Source of the DNA: an uncultured Nitrososphaerota archaeon
GTDB lineage: Archaea; Thermoproteota; Nitrososphaeria; Nitrososphaerales; Nitrosopumilaceae
Assembly: GCA_963824385.1 (NCBI GenBank)
Contig: CAWGPD010000001.1
Span: 160,001 to 224,000 of the forward strand
Length of the DNA stretch: 64,000 nucleotides
Direction of reading: 5' to 3'
Under the pieces are notes generated by a model. That model had not been told where the DNA came from and searched no databases. It saw only the letters and a list, made by a program, of their open reading frames with translations. Positions 10,101-21,537 of this stretch are shown in pieces (within the stretch, counting starts at the first letter, position 1; each line of letters starts with the position of its first letter). Made by a program: the position numbers and the translations under genes.

Positions 10101-10191
10101 CGCAGAATAGTGTAGTAATGATTCGTCTTTAAAGGGTCATGATATTGACAAATTTATTGCAACATGGAATAATTGTGGCAAAATTTACCAT

Positions 10192-11010
10192 TTATGCCCC
10201 TACATTTAGAGTAGTGCCACAAATCTTTCTGAGGCACTCTATTGCAGACAAAGTAGCAAGTCTACTTGTCTTTGGATTACTAGGACTAGGTACATTTTCC
10301 ACCTTTACTGAAAATTTACCAAACTTTCCTTGGGCTTGTATCTCATGAGTATTCTTGTCAGTAGTAGGATCTGCAACTATTCTTACTAGAGTCTTTTCAC
10401 TACCAACTCCTGCAAGGCTTAGAAGTGCGGCCACATTGATGTTTGCAGGAAATAGTCTTACTGCCTCTTGAGCATTTCCTTCGTATATTGTAGTGATTGT
10501 CTTTATTGTATCAAGATCAATTTTTGAGGTTTCAAAGAATTTTGCACCCTTCAATGCTTTCGGATTTTTTGTCGTTACAAGAACTACAGAATCTAATTCG
10601 TCTTGTACTGCTCTAATACCATCAAGTCCAATTATTGCACCAGATGGAAGATAGACTCGTTTGTTGAAATCCTTGCAGCCATCCATTACAATGTCAAATA
10701 TAGTTTCATCCAAAAGAGCACCTGCACTCATTATCATGATATCTTTTCTATTTTGAAGTATACTTAGCACATTATCGCGTACTGCATCTTGTGATGCCGC
10801 TTCAATTATCAGATCAACTGGAGAAGCTGCAAGTAATCCAACATTTTCTGTTATAACAGGCTTGTTTTCCAATTTGTCAACTAGTTTCTGTGAATGTTCT
10901 TTTGAGAAATCATAGACATGAGTAAGTTTTGCAGAGATTTTTCCAGAGTCTATTGCAAGTGCAATCTCTGATCCAATTGCGCCGCATCCAAGTAGTCCTA
11001 TTCTTTTCAA
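10192..11010 (-). CDS. nadX: L-aspartate dehydrogenase
   Basis: GCGAIG, PSGAIIGLD, FPANINVAA and NPKTS motifs; next to nadA. Confidence 0.95.
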   Translation of the reverse strand: MKRIGLLGCGAIGSEIALAIDSGKISAKLTHVYDFSKEHSQKLVDKLENKPVITENVGLLAASPVDLIIEAASQDAVRDNVLSILQNRKDIMIMSAGALLDETIFDIVMDGCKDFNKRVYLPSGAIIGLDGIRAVQDELDSVVLVTTKNPKALKGAKFFETSKIDLDTIKTITTIYEGNAQEAVRLFPANINVAALLSLAGVGSEKTLVRIVADPTTDKNTHEIQAQGKFGKFSVKVENVPSPSNPKTSRLATLSAIECLRKICGTTLNVGA

Positions 11011-11115
11011 TACAAATTTCTCAAGTACTTGTCCTTGTTAAATCTGTTATTAGACAAATTATTGTGTTTAACAGAATATTGAATTATCTTAATGTGCATA
11101 TAGCATCAGAGCAAT

Positions 11116-11991
11116 TTGGAAAAACAAGAATCTACACTAATTGAAAAAGTCCTATTCAAGATAGCAAAACAGTGGATTGCGGGTGATACCATGGAAGACG
11201 CCCTCAAGTCTGCACGTCTGGCAAATAGCAATGGAATGGGTGCAATTTTAAACAAATTAGGCGAGCATATGACATCAAAGGCTCAAGTATGTCAAACGGT
11301 TTCAGATTATCTCATACTTGTCTCAAACTTGCGCAGATCAAAGATTTCGGGAGGACTATCAATAAAACCAACCCAGGTAGGCCTATCCATTAATACAAAA
11401 GAGTGTCTTGAGAACCTTGATAAAATTATAGAAAAAGCATTGCAATCCCAGTCTTTTGTCTGGATAGACATGGAATCCTCAGATCATACTGACGCCACTT
11501 TCAAAATATACCTGAATCTATTTGAAAAATATGAGAGATTAGGAGTTGTCATTCAATCAAACCTCAAACGTACTCAAGATGACCTGAAAATGCTTTTAGA
11601 AAAAGGTGCCAAGATTCGCCTTGTAAAAGGTGCATATCATGAAACCCCAAAGAATGCATACAGAATAAGACATGAAGTTGATGAAAATTACAAGAAATTG
11701 ATGCGAACTTTATTTGAACAAGGAAATGAATTTGCAATAGCAACACATGACTCCAAGTTAATTGATCTTGCCATAGATTTGTCAAAAAAATATGAAAGAA
11801 AGTTTGAGTTTCAGATGCTGAAAGGAATACGAGATGAGATAAAACCTATTTTGGTAAAAAGTGGATTTTTGGTGTCAGAGTATATTCCATATGGTACCAA
11901 CTGGTTACCTTATTCCATTAGAAGACTACGAGAAAGAAAGAGAAACATATTGTTGCTTGGAAGTTCGTTTATTCACTCACATCGAGTCTGA
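11116..11991 (+). CDS. Proline dehydrogenase
   Basis: SIKPTQ, WIDME, RLVKGAY, IATHD, FQMLKG, YIPYG and YSIRRLRE motifs. Confidence 0.93.
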   Translation: MEKQESTLIEKVLFKIAKQWIAGDTMEDALKSARLANSNGMGAILNKLGEHMTSKAQVCQTVSDYLILVSNLRRSKISGGLSIKPTQVGLSINTKECLENLDKIIEKALQSQSFVWIDMESSDHTDATFKIYLNLFEKYERLGVVIQSNLKRTQDDLKMLLEKGAKIRLVKGAYHETPKNAYRIRHEVDENYKKLMRTLFEQGNEFAIATHDSKLIDLAIDLSKKYERKFEFQMLKGIRDEIKPILVKSGFLVSEYIPYGTNWLPYSIRRLRERKRNILLLGSSFIHSHRV

Positions 11992-13562
11992 GTCTGTTCT
12001 CGTAGAAATTGTAAGAGATAGTATGCACCTCCTGCTCCTTTCCCAGAGATCCCAGATTCTTTCCATCCAACAAATGGCTGTGCCCCAACCATAGCACCAG
12101 TGGTTGCACTAGCTGCCCTATTTGCATATGTAACTCCTGCCTCAATTTGTTCAAAGAACTTTTCAATCTCATTTTTATCTTGGCTAAAAACTCCAGCAGT
12201 TAATCCATAGTTACTTTTGTTTGCAAGTACAAGTGCTTCATCAAATGTATCAAATTCTTCAACACAGAGAAACGGTAAGAATAATTCTTCACGTACAAGT
12301 TCGTGATCTTTTGGAAGATTTGTAACAATTGTAGGTGCTACAAAATTACCATCCTGGTGTAATGTATCAGCGAGTATAGAACCTCCTGAAAGTATCTTAC
12401 CATCTTTTTTTGCAAGTTCAGATGATTTCTGATATTTTTTTACCGCTTCGTCGTTTATGACGGGTCCCATATAGACATCTTTTTCCCATGGTTTTCCAAT
12501 TTTTAGTGCACTAGTCTTTGCAACCAGTCTTTCCAGAAACTTGTTTGCAATTGATTTCTGCACATACACTCTGGAGCACGCACTGCATTTTTGTCCACCA
12601 TATCCAAACGCGGCTCTTAGAACACCATCTGATGCTTTTTCAATGTCTGCAGTGGAAGATACGATTGCGGGGTTTTTCCCTCCCATCTCGGAGATAAATG
12701 GGCGAGGCTCAGTCATGGCAAATGCAGAGTAGCCGCTCATGCCTACATCCTTTGAACCAGTAAATGCAATACCATCAACCAGAGGACTCTCAAGCATTGT
12801 TTTCCCAACTGTTCCTCCAGAACCTGTTACAAAGTTAATGGCAGATGGTGGAAGCTTGTGGTATATCGATTCAACAAACTTGAATGCAGATATCGGCGCA
12901 TCACTTGACGGTTTTAGAACAGCTGTATTTCCTGTAATTAGAGCCCCCGATGTCATTCCAATTGCAATTGCAGACGGAAAATTAAATGGTGATATGATTC
13001 CCCAAACCCCATATGGCTTGAGAACGCTGCTTGTCTTCTCGCCTGCTGTTACATTTTTTGTCTCCTTTGAGAATCCAGTATTAATTTCAAGTTGTTCTGC
13101 ATAAAATCTCATAAAGTCAATTGACTCATCCAAGTCACCCATTGATTCTAGTCTGTTCTTTCCGTTCTCAAAGCAAAGAATTGCGGCAAGACTGAATTTA
13201 TTTGCAGAAAATATATCAGCAACATCTCGGAATATCTGGACTCTTTTTTGATATGGTGTAAGCGACCATTTATGAAATGATTCCTTGGCAGATTCAATTG
13301 CATGAAGCGTATCTTCTTTTGTTCCCAAGGGAAAGTGTCCCAAGATTAAATTCTTGTCAGCAGGTGATCTCACTTGAAATTTATTATCAGAAAAGATCTC
13401 TTTGCCTCCTATAATCATAGGGTAACTTTTTCCAAAGTCTTTTCGTACTTCTTCTATAGCATTATCAAACTTTTTATGAAATTCGTCAGTTGAATTATTA
13501 TCTATGAATCGACCCCAAGTCCTTTCGTTTTCAAACATGATATCATTACCAGATACTGCCAT
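11973..13562 (-). CDS. Delta-1-pyrroline-5-carboxylate dehydrogenase (ALDH family)
   Basis: SPFNFP, FTGS, EMGGKN, GQKCSACSR and QPFVGWK motifs; convergent with ProDH. Confidence 0.9.
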   Translation of the reverse strand: MAVSGNDIMFENERTWGRFIDNNSTDEFHKKFDNAIEEVRKDFGKSYPMIIGGKEIFSDNKFQVRSPADKNLILGHFPLGTKEDTLHAIESAKESFHKWSLTPYQKRVQIFRDVADIFSANKFSLAAILCFENGKNRLESMGDLDESIDFMRFYAEQLEINTGFSKETKNVTAGEKTSSVLKPYGVWGIISPFNFPSAIAIGMTSGALITGNTAVLKPSSDAPISAFKFVESIYHKLPPSAINFVTGSGGTVGKTMLESPLVDGIAFTGSKDVGMSGYSAFAMTEPRPFISEMGGKNPAIVSSTADIEKASDGVLRAAFGYGGQKCSACSRVYVQKSIANKFLERLVAKTSALKIGKPWEKDVYMGPVINDEAVKKYQKSSELAKKDGKILSGGSILADTLHQDGNFVAPTIVTNLPKDHELVREELFLPFLCVEEFDTFDEALVLANKSNYGLTAGVFSQDKNEIEKFFEQIEAGVTYANRAASATTGAMVGAQPFVGWKESGISGKGAGGAYYLLQFLREQTQTRCE

Positions 13563-13654
13563 TAATTAGTTCGCTAAAAGTTGATTTTGTATTAACTGTA
13601 GGACAAACATACTTCAAACGAGAAACATTTTATCCGCGTAGGCAAAGGTGTCTT

Positions 13655-14494
13655 ATGCTCAATACAGTATATCGTGATGCAATTAAGAAGCGAGAAGAGG
13701 CACGATCTATATTCAAAGGTGAGAAATTTGATCAAATTATTAAAACAGCCAAGGAAAACTGGCTAGAATATACCCCTCAGAAAAAGGACTCGGACATAGC
13801 AGGAATAGATAGTAGTTATAACAGTACAAAATTTCAAGGGCTGGAATTGTGGGTAGTAACGGGAGTATCTATAAAATCAGATGGCCAGATAATTACTGAG
13901 ACTCATAATCAGGGACTAGGGCAGCCAACGCCTGAGCTTGAGACGCAGGCAAGCAGGATGGAGGTAGAAGCTTGCGTCAATTCTGTTGACAAGGCAGAAC
14001 TTGTAATACTAGATGGTTCACTATATTCACAGTTTCTTACAAGACAGGCCTCACTTGGAAGCTCAATCACCACAGCAATAAAAAAGAGAAATAATGTAAT
14101 TTTCATATCAAAGACATCATCTGCTAGAAAACAATTTGAAAAATTTGGCTCAGTTGCAGGAGATATTTTTTATTACAACCATGCAGTCAAGACACCTGGT
14201 TTTAGCAGAATATTTGTTGATAACAGTTTGGGACCGGGTAAAGTTGTGTCATATGTTTATGCAAGACTAAGAGATTCTACTCCTTTAATCAAGATTGAAC
14301 TTTTAGGTTCTGGCCATAATGAAAATGAAATAAAATTATTACTTGACATGATAACAAAAAATAGTGTAGGCGGGTATCCATATTCATTAAAGCTTGCACA
14401 TGAGAATTGTAAGATAACCAATTCAGATCTGGCAAGACTTGTTAGTCTATATGGACTTGGAAACGAAGTAGGTTCAAGAGAGGTATTGAATTGA
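13655..14494 (+). CDS. nurA: DNA double-strand break repair nuclease NurA
   Basis: AGIDSS, LDGSL, ISKTS and GYPYSLKLAH motifs; operon with herA/mre11/rad50. Confidence 0.93.
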   Translation: MLNTVYRDAIKKREEARSIFKGEKFDQIIKTAKENWLEYTPQKKDSDIAGIDSSYNSTKFQGLELWVVTGVSIKSDGQIITETHNQGLGQPTPELETQASRMEVEACVNSVDKAELVILDGSLYSQFLTRQASLGSSITTAIKKRNNVIFISKTSSARKQFEKFGSVAGDIFYYNHAVKTPGFSRIFVDNSLGPGKVVSYVYARLRDSTPLIKIELLGSGHNENEIKLLLDMITKNSVGGYPYSLKLAHENCKITNSDLARLVSLYGLGNEVGSREVLN

Positions 14495-16011
14495 CAATAG
14501 GTGTAGTAATTGGAGAATCAAGACCAACTGATGTTACTGCACAGTCATCAAAGCCACTTTCAGTTGGAGAATATGTAATAATTGATTCACAGGACGGCAA
14601 GATTTTAGGTCTTGTTGAAAAATCAATGATATCAAGTGAGGCATTAACCGATGTACGAAATTTTGACGAAGCTGTAGAAAGCAAGGAAGTTGCAGATATT
14701 AATTCAAGAGATAAAAATTACAAGGTAAAAATTGGCATACTTGGGTTTTTAGATAAATTACAAAAGGGACAGATGATTTTACCTGCAGTCCCCCCACTCC
14801 CTGGAACTTCGATTATCGAGGCAACTCAGAAGGATTTAGGCACAATATTTGGCCCTACAACAAGTGAATGGATTAGAATTGGTTCTCTTTTAAGAAATTC
14901 AACAATCGAGGCCAAGATCAATATCAACAAAATTGTATCAAGGCATTTCACTATACTTGCAATGACAGGCATGGGAAAGAGTAATCTTGTTTCCTTAATT
15001 GCAAGACACATCGGGTCATTAAACGGCACTCTGATTATTTTTGACTATCACAATGACTATGAAAGTCTTGATGTCTCCAAGATAAATTACATGATGGCGA
15101 AGATAAATCCCAGATTATTGCCTGCAGACAAGCTGGCTGAAGTAATAGAACTTAGAGAAAATGCAGACAAGCAACAAAGAGTATTGCGTGAATCACTTAC
15201 AGAATCAGTAAAACAGTCAAAAGATTTCTGGCAATCATTAGAAGACAGCGTATCATCTTATGGAAGAACAACAAAAGGTTACGCAGATAGTGCAAGTAGA
15301 GTATTAGATAAAATAGATGATGCAAAACATAGGTTCTCAGATATTCTTGATCCAGACTGTGGAGATCCAGTAGACTTGATCAAGGAAGGCAGAGTAAATG
15401 TTTTGAACATATCAGAGCTTAGCGAACGACAGGCAAATGCAGGACTATCGTATTATTTACAAGAATTATTACAACAAAGAAAAGATGCAGTATGGGAAAG
15501 AAAAGGCAAATCATCACATAAAAGAATCAACAAGTTTCTTGCTCCAATATTTGTAATAATAGAGGAAGCTCATGTCTTCATTCCAAAGGGTGAACATACT
15601 GATACAAAGTATTGGGCATCAAAAGTAGCAAGAGAGGGTCGTAAATTTGGAATTGGTCTTGGGGTTGTTTCTCAAAGACCAAGAAATATCGATCCCAATG
15701 TACTAAGTCAGATGGGGTCCCTTGCAATAATGAAGATAGTCCAAGACGATGATCAACAGCAGATTGCATCTGCAGCAGAATCACTAAGCAAGGACCTACT
15801 CTCACAGCTCTCATCGTTAAACATTGGAGATGCCGTTCTGATTGGCCAATGGGTAAATCTGCCTTCAATAGTACACGTAGACGAGGTAAAGAGTAAGAAA
15901 TCAGGCTCAGATTTGGATGCAGTATCAGAATGGAGTCAGACAGACAAGTTCAAAGAGATTGCAAAGGAATCAACAAAATCAATGGTTCAAAAAGATTTGC
16001 TGTTAGATTGA
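14491..16011 (+). CDS. herA: HerA helicase/translocase
   Basis: HAS barrel, Walker A AMTGMGKS, IEEAH, REGRKFG and SQRP motifs. Confidence 0.95.
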   Translation: MTIGVVIGESRPTDVTAQSSKPLSVGEYVIIDSQDGKILGLVEKSMISSEALTDVRNFDEAVESKEVADINSRDKNYKVKIGILGFLDKLQKGQMILPAVPPLPGTSIIEATQKDLGTIFGPTTSEWIRIGSLLRNSTIEAKININKIVSRHFTILAMTGMGKSNLVSLIARHIGSLNGTLIIFDYHNDYESLDVSKINYMMAKINPRLLPADKLAEVIELRENADKQQRVLRESLTESVKQSKDFWQSLEDSVSSYGRTTKGYADSASRVLDKIDDAKHRFSDILDPDCGDPVDLIKEGRVNVLNISELSERQANAGLSYYLQELLQQRKDAVWERKGKSSHKRINKFLAPIFVIIEEAHVFIPKGEHTDTKYWASKVAREGRKFGIGLGVVSQRPRNIDPNVLSQMGSLAIMKIVQDDDQQQIASAAESLSKDLLSQLSSLNIGDAVLIGQWVNLPSIVHVDEVKSKKSGSDLDAVSEWSQTDKFKEIAKESTKSMVQKDLLLD

Positions 16012-16012
16012 G

Positions 16013-17165
16013 ATGATCTTTTCACATATTTCTGACACACATTTGGGTTTTGTTCAGTACCACTCTGAAGAGCGTGAAAATGACATATACTTGGCATTCA
16101 ATGAGGCAATTGACACATCAATAAAAGACCATGTTGATTTTGTCATACTGGCAGGAGACATATTTCACGTTCCAAACCCAAGTGGAAAGGCAATTGTTGT
16201 TTTGGCAAATGCATTAAAGCGTTTGAGACAAAATAATATTGATTCTTTTTTTATCCTAGGAGATCATGACATCAGTAGAATTAGATCAACCCCTGTTCCT
16301 TTTGTATACCACAATTTGGATTTTTCAAAATATATCGGAAATGGAAAATCAATAATTTACAAAAACGTATTCATTGCAGGGTTTGACAAACGCAGAAAGA
16401 CAGAGATTGAAACATTTGAAGAAGATTTTGCAAGAGTTGATGCAGAAGCCAAAAAACATCAGGGACATAAGATATTGGTCTTGCACCAAGGAATTGCAGA
16501 GATAAACAAGTTTGCAGTCTGAGTTAAACTCTACAGATCTTCCAAAGAATTTCACATATTATGCAATGGGTCATCTTCATGATCAAGATCTGAAACGATT
16601 CTCACATTTAGGAGGTCCATTAGCTTATCCAGGGTCAATCGAGATTACATCAAGTGAGGGAATAAAGGAAACACAAAAAGGATTTTATCAAGTAGACATT
16701 TCAAAATCAGAAGCCATACCATCATGGATAAAACTTGACATCAGACCGCAGATGTCTGTAAAAACTTCAATGAAGGACATCTCAAACGATGTAAACATAC
16801 TTGCTGAAAAAATCAAATCATATGCAAGAAAACCAATTATAGAATTAAAGATCACAGGTGAGATAGACCCCGGACTGGTCCAATCTCAGCTCGCCAAGTT
16901 GACAGATCTTACACTTCGCTGCCTTTGGAAACATATCTCTTCTGAGCAGACAAATGGTTCTGTCTTTATGGACAAACCACTAAAAATAGAGGAAGAGATG
17001 CGTCGGATTGCAAAAGAGATTCTAGGTTCTGAAGAGATGGCAAATTTTGCAATAGACGAACTCTTACCGTTACTATCAAGAGATAATATTGACCAAGCTA
17101 GTCAGGCAGTCAACGAAAATTTTGAACGATTCAAGAGGAGGGTAAAAAATGCTACAGTCAGTTGA
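16013..17165 (+). CDS. mre11: Mre11 nuclease, split by a +1 frameshift at about 16518 (likely sequencing error)
   Basis: SDTHLG, AGDIF and GDHD in ORF1; YYAMGHLH and YPGS in ORF2; deleting the T in AGTCT (16516-20) fuses them. Confidence 0.92.
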
Positions 17166-19224
17166 GCTAGTAAATTTCCTCTCTCATGCAAATACCAAAC
17201 TAACATTTGATAGAGGAGTCACAGTATTTGTAGGACCAAATGGGGCTGGCAAATCAAGCATCATAGATGCAATAACATTTGCATTATTTGGTGAGCACAT
17301 AAGAAAATCAGTAAAGGGACTTTTGCGAAGAGGAAGTAACCAATCATACGCCAAAGTAGAATTTTCCATAGGAAATAGGCAGTTTGAGGCTGTTCGCAAA
17401 ATAGACACCAAGGGAACAGTTGCCGCACAACTATATGAAAAAATAAACATGGAACTTGTTCCACTTGCTGCAGGAGAGAGAAAACAATTTGGTGAATCAA
17501 TGACAAAGACAATCGAGTCTTTAATTGGATTAGACTTTGAAAAACTAAAAGTTGCGTCCATTGTTCAACAAGGCGAACTGCAAACAATAATTGAGGCAGA
17601 TCCTAAAAAATTCAAGGAACTTGTCAATGCAATAATTGGCATCGACAAACTTGACATCGCTTATGAATTTATGAAAAAAACAATAGAGGAGTTTAGAGGA
17701 TCAATCAAATTGAAATTAAATTATGATGATACAAGTATAGATACTCTTCAGGCAAAGATTGAATCTCTATCAAAAGATATAACATCTCTTGAACCACAAA
17801 AGAAGAAATTAGAATCAGAAAAGATATCACAGGAGCAGGAATTTATCACATTACAACAAAAAATAGAATCAGAGGCCCCAAAGGAGACCAAGATTAAAGA
17901 TATTGAAAACAAAAAGGAAGATCTTCTCAAGTACCTAAGAAATTCCATCGTATCAATAAAACAAGAACTTGTAGAAAAGGAGAAAAAACTTGCTGATTGC
18001 TCAAGCAGCTTGTCAATTTTATCATTTAGGTCACAAGTAGAATCTGAGATAAATCATACCCAGTCAGAGATGGACAGGATTCGTATAGAATCAAAAGAAG
18101 CAGGAGAAAAAATAGCAATGATACGAGGTCAGCAAGATATTGTAAACAAGATACATCTTGTGGATGGCAAGTGTCCTGTTTGTGACTCTAAGGTGGACAA
18201 GCTTAATCCATTGTTTGAAGAAGAACATCTTAGAGCAGAACTTGATGCGCTAAAAAAGAAAACCGAATCACATTCAAAAGATGAGGTTACATTTCAAAGT
18301 AAAAAGAGAGAACTTGATTTGAAATTACAACAAATTGTAAAGGCAGAAGGTATCCTATCTTCAAACAGCATAAAAAACCAGGATGATTTAGCCATACTCA
18401 AAGAACAAGTGTCAAAACTACAGAGCAATATCAAGGACATTCCACTTGAAGTAAGTACTGGAAGTCTCATGCAATATGCAATTGATGACTATTCAATAGA
18501 CACAATCAAAGCCATAACAACTCTAGTCCAAGAGACGCAAGATTTTGATATAAATAATTTTAGAAATCTTAAATTAAAACTAGAACACCAGCGTAGAGCC
18601 CTTAGCGCATTAGACCAAGACATTGGCGCAGTTAATACAAAGATAACATTATACAAAGAAGAGTTACAGAAAATTTCTAAAATATTAATTGAGTTACAAG
18701 ATGTAAAGCATTATGTGTCAAGCCTTGATACAATTCGAAGTCAGATATACAACAGAGACGGTCCTGTTGCCACAAGTCTTCGCTCGTGGGCATTGAGTAT
18801 GATATCGCAAAAGGCATCAGAATATCTCTCAACATTTAATGTCAAGATTCAAAGAATTTCACTAGAAGACAAGGCAAGAGACATTGGAATTACTTGTCAT
18901 GCTGGAAATTCTGAATTGGATTTAGAATCATTAAGCGGAGGAGAAAAAGTAAGTGTTGCGCTAGCACTGCGTCTTGGGATGGCGCATTTAATGGGCTCGT
19001 CTAATCTAAATTTTATAATTCTTGACGAACCAACAACTCATTTGGATCAAGAGCGAAGAAAATCGCTTGTAAGTGTACTCTCACAGGCGTTTGAGTCAAA
19101 CATAGATGCAATCTCTCAGTTTATCATAATTACACATGATTCCGATATATTTGAAAACTCTAACATTGATGCAATTTATGATTTCAAATCAACGCCAGAA
19201 GGAACTCTGGTTACACCAATTTAG
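17149..19224 (+). CDS. rad50: Rad50 ATPase
   Basis: GPNGAGKSS, CPVC zinc hook, LSGGE, LDEPT and ITH motifs. Confidence 0.96.
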   Translation: MLQSVELVNFLSHANTKLTFDRGVTVFVGPNGAGKSSIIDAITFALFGEHIRKSVKGLLRRGSNQSYAKVEFSIGNRQFEAVRKIDTKGTVAAQLYEKINMELVPLAAGERKQFGESMTKTIESLIGLDFEKLKVASIVQQGELQTIIEADPKKFKELVNAIIGIDKLDIAYEFMKKTIEEFRGSIKLKLNYDDTSIDTLQAKIESLSKDITSLEPQKKKLESEKISQEQEFITLQQKIESEAPKETKIKDIENKKEDLLKYLRNSIVSIKQELVEKEKKLADCSSSLSILSFRSQVESEINHTQSEMDRIRIESKEAGEKIAMIRGQQDIVNKIHLVDGKCPVCDSKVDKLNPLFEEEHLRAELDALKKKTESHSKDEVTFQSKKRELDLKLQQIVKAEGILSSNSIKNQDDLAILKEQVSKLQSNIKDIPLEVSTGSLMQYAIDDYSIDTIKAITTLVQETQDFDINNFRNLKLKLEHQRRALSALDQDIGAVNTKITLYKEELQKISKILIELQDVKHYVSSLDTIRSQIYNRDGPVATSLRSWALSMISQKASEYLSTFNVKIQRISLEDKARDIGITCHAGNSELDLESLSGGEKVSVALALRLGMAHLMGSSNLNFIILDEPTTHLDQERRKSLVSVLSQAFESNIDAISQFIIITHDSDIFENSNIDAIYDFKSTPEGTLVTPI

Positions 19225-19709
19225 CCGCCGGTAAGCTTGGCAAATTTTTCATTCTTGCAGAGATGTTCCATGAATTTTAGGTTCGATAATGCAACTACTG
19301 CAGAATCTCTAACTTGTTCACTTGAATCTTCAAGTGCTTTTTGTAGTGTCTCTTTTGCATCCTGAGAGCCAATTACTCCTAGTGCGACAGCTGCCTCGTG
19401 TCTTACAAATAGACTAGGATCGTTTCTAGTTGCGTCCTCTAATGGTTTTATTCCACTTCTTAGACACATCTGTCCTAAAGAGAATGCGGCTTCATGTCTT
19501 ACCAATTCATTAACATCATTTTTCAATATGTTTGCAACATGAGGAACAACATCTTCTCCTCCCATATCTACAAGAATACAAACGGTTCTGCATCTTATCA
19601 CAAAATCTTTGTGATCTAGCAAATGAACAAAGTATTCCTTGTCTTTTTTCTCATATTTCTCCTCCATTTCTGATAAGAGTTCAAGACGGTCTGCGGGAAT
19701 AACTTCCAT
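19221..19709 (-). CDS. HEAT-repeat protein, DOHH/PBS-lyase-like
   Basis: Two VRHEAA-x-x-LG repeats. Confidence 0.85.
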   Translation of the reverse strand: MEVIPADRLELLSEMEEKYEKKDKEYFVHLLDHKDFVIRCRTVCILVDMGGEDVVPHVANILKNDVNELVRHEAAFSLGQMCLRSGIKPLEDATRNDPSLFVRHEAAVALGVIGSQDAKETLQKALEDSSEQVRDSAVVALSNLKFMEHLCKNEKFAKLTGG

Positions 19710-20017
19710 GTAGACAATTTTATTGTCGAATATTTAGTCGTATTGACAAATATTATAGATGAAAGATATTCCAGTAAAACAAAATATTCTATATTCTAAA
19801 TTCATAATGAGATAGTACCGGACATTTACCATTTGAATCAATCAAATGATTCACTATTTCACAGAATTGATAAAATGTCTAATCCTGCCTTTTAAAAATA
19901 TAGTAAAAAAATTAAAACTGGATCATTTTAGACCATTTATTTTCATATCATACGTTACACCGTGTTTTGTGTCTAGTAAGGCTCATTAACTGTCAATATT
20001 CATTTATTGATCATATA

Positions 20018-20476
20018 ATGAGCCGCTTAAGATATTGGAAACTCACAGTAGAAGATGTAAGAAAAGCCAAGTTTGACCCAAAAAAAGTATTGATCTGGGA
20101 AATAAAATGCCCAAAAGATGACCAGGGAGCAGTCTTTGGAGTGTACTCGTATAGAAATGGAACTCCCTGGGATTACGATTCAATCAAGGGCATTGTGTTC
20201 TATCATAACATGATAGAGAAAGAAGAATTAGATAGATTGACAAAGTTCATCAAGGATAAATTTGGTGGAGAACCTGCAGAAAAGAGTTCAAGAATATTTT
20301 TCAAAGGATCACGTGAAATCTGGGCACCAAATGAGATTGCAGATTTAGCAGTCCAATTAGGAGATAATTTCGAAGTAAGTACTGAACTTACAATAGAACT
20401 AGAGAATTTTACAGAACCAGAACAACAAGAAAGTAACCTACCGTCAAGCAAGATACTACCAATTCCTGGAAAGTAG
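20018..20476 (+). CDS. Hypothetical protein
   Basis: 152-aa ORF from ATG 20018. Confidence 0.7.
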   Translation: MSRLRYWKLTVEDVRKAKFDPKKVLIWEIKCPKDDQGAVFGVYSYRNGTPWDYDSIKGIVFYHNMIEKEELDRLTKFIKDKFGGEPAEKSSRIFFKGSREIWAPNEIADLAVQLGDNFEVSTELTIELENFTEPEQQESNLPSSKILPIPGK

Positions 20477-20541
20477 TGCGCAACTGCCCTCCCTCATGAA
20501 AATATACTATTAATACAGTTCATACTATTTTATAATCTGCA

Positions 20542-21339
20542 ATGGATAAGCCAATGACCATTAGCCAGCATTTAGAGGATTTACGAAAAAGGGTGTTTAG
20601 ATCAGTTATCGCCGTAGGAGTATTTTCATTTTTTATCCTAAGTTTCCATCTTACACCGATTATGTATAATGGGACAAAACTGTACTATCCAACATTTAGT
20701 CCATTTAACAATATGGCGGCTCAATTTACCATATCAATGAAACATCATCTACTGCCACCTACAGTCCAATTAATCCAGACAGCACCTGGACAAGCATTTT
20801 TTTCTCAATTTTATATCGCAATACTACTTGGAATGGTCTTTGCAATGCCAATCATAGTAAAAGAGTTTGTAGGGTTTTTAGCTCCTGCATTACATAGAAA
20901 AGAGATTCGCATTATCAGAAATATTACAATTCCAGCAATTGGGCTTTTCACTGCAGGAGGAATCTTTTCATACTTTTTTGTCACGCCATATATCCTTCAA
21001 TTTCTTTACAAGTATGGCCAGTCAGCTGACTTGCTTACATTTTTGAATATAATAGATTTCATCACATTTGTACTCCAGTTCATTCTTGCATTTGGCCTGT
21101 CATTTCAGTTACCCTTGATAATGTATGCGTTAACTGCATCAGGATTAATCGAACCAAAATTCTGGAGGAACAACATAAGATATGCAATTATTGGAATGGT
21201 CATACTTGGCGCTGCAATTACTCCAGATGGAAGTGGAGTTACCATGTGGTTTGTCGCAGGCCCCATGATTGGGTTATATCTCATAGGAATGGCAATATCA
21301 GAAAAACAGGCAAAAAGTATTGCAACACTTAAATCTTGA
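20542..21339 (+). CDS. tatC: Twin-arginine translocase TatC
   Basis: HLEDLRKR, FLAPAL, FGLSFQLP and AAITPD motifs; multiple TM segments. Confidence 0.96.
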   Translation: MDKPMTISQHLEDLRKRVFRSVIAVGVFSFFILSFHLTPIMYNGTKLYYPTFSPFNNMAAQFTISMKHHLLPPTVQLIQTAPGQAFFSQFYIAILLGMVFAMPIIVKEFVGFLAPALHRKEIRIIRNITIPAIGLFTAGGIFSYFFVTPYILQFLYKYGQSADLLTFLNIIDFITFVLQFILAFGLSFQLPLIMYALTASGLIEPKFWRNNIRYAIIGMVILGAAITPDGSGVTMWFVAGPMIGLYLIGMAISEKQAKSIATLKS

Positions 21340-21360
21340 TCTGCTGCATTTAAGGCAATA

Positions 21361-21537
21361 ATGGCATACGAGAATGTAATAATTGCAGTTGTAATAATCG
21401 GGGTTTTGATTTTCGGTGCAAAAAAGATCCCAGAGCTAGCAAAAACATTCGGAAAGGCAAAAGGTGAATTCGAGAAAGGCAAGATGGAATCGGAAAAAGA
21501 GCTAAAAGAATTCAAAGATAAAGAAGACCTCAAGTAG
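21361..21537 (+). CDS. tatA: Twin-arginine translocase TatA (not in ORF track)
   Basis: MAYENVIIAVVIIGVLIFGAKKIPELAKTFGKAKGEFEKG...; directly after tatC. Confidence 0.95.
   Translation: MAYENVIIAVVIIGVLIFGAKKIPELAKTFGKAKGEFEKGKMESEKELKEFKDKEDLK

Noticed and set aside
14941..14960. HerA RHFTILA as a further AGCT miscall (RHLAILA)
   Set aside because: It needs two substitutions and could be natural variation; not counted
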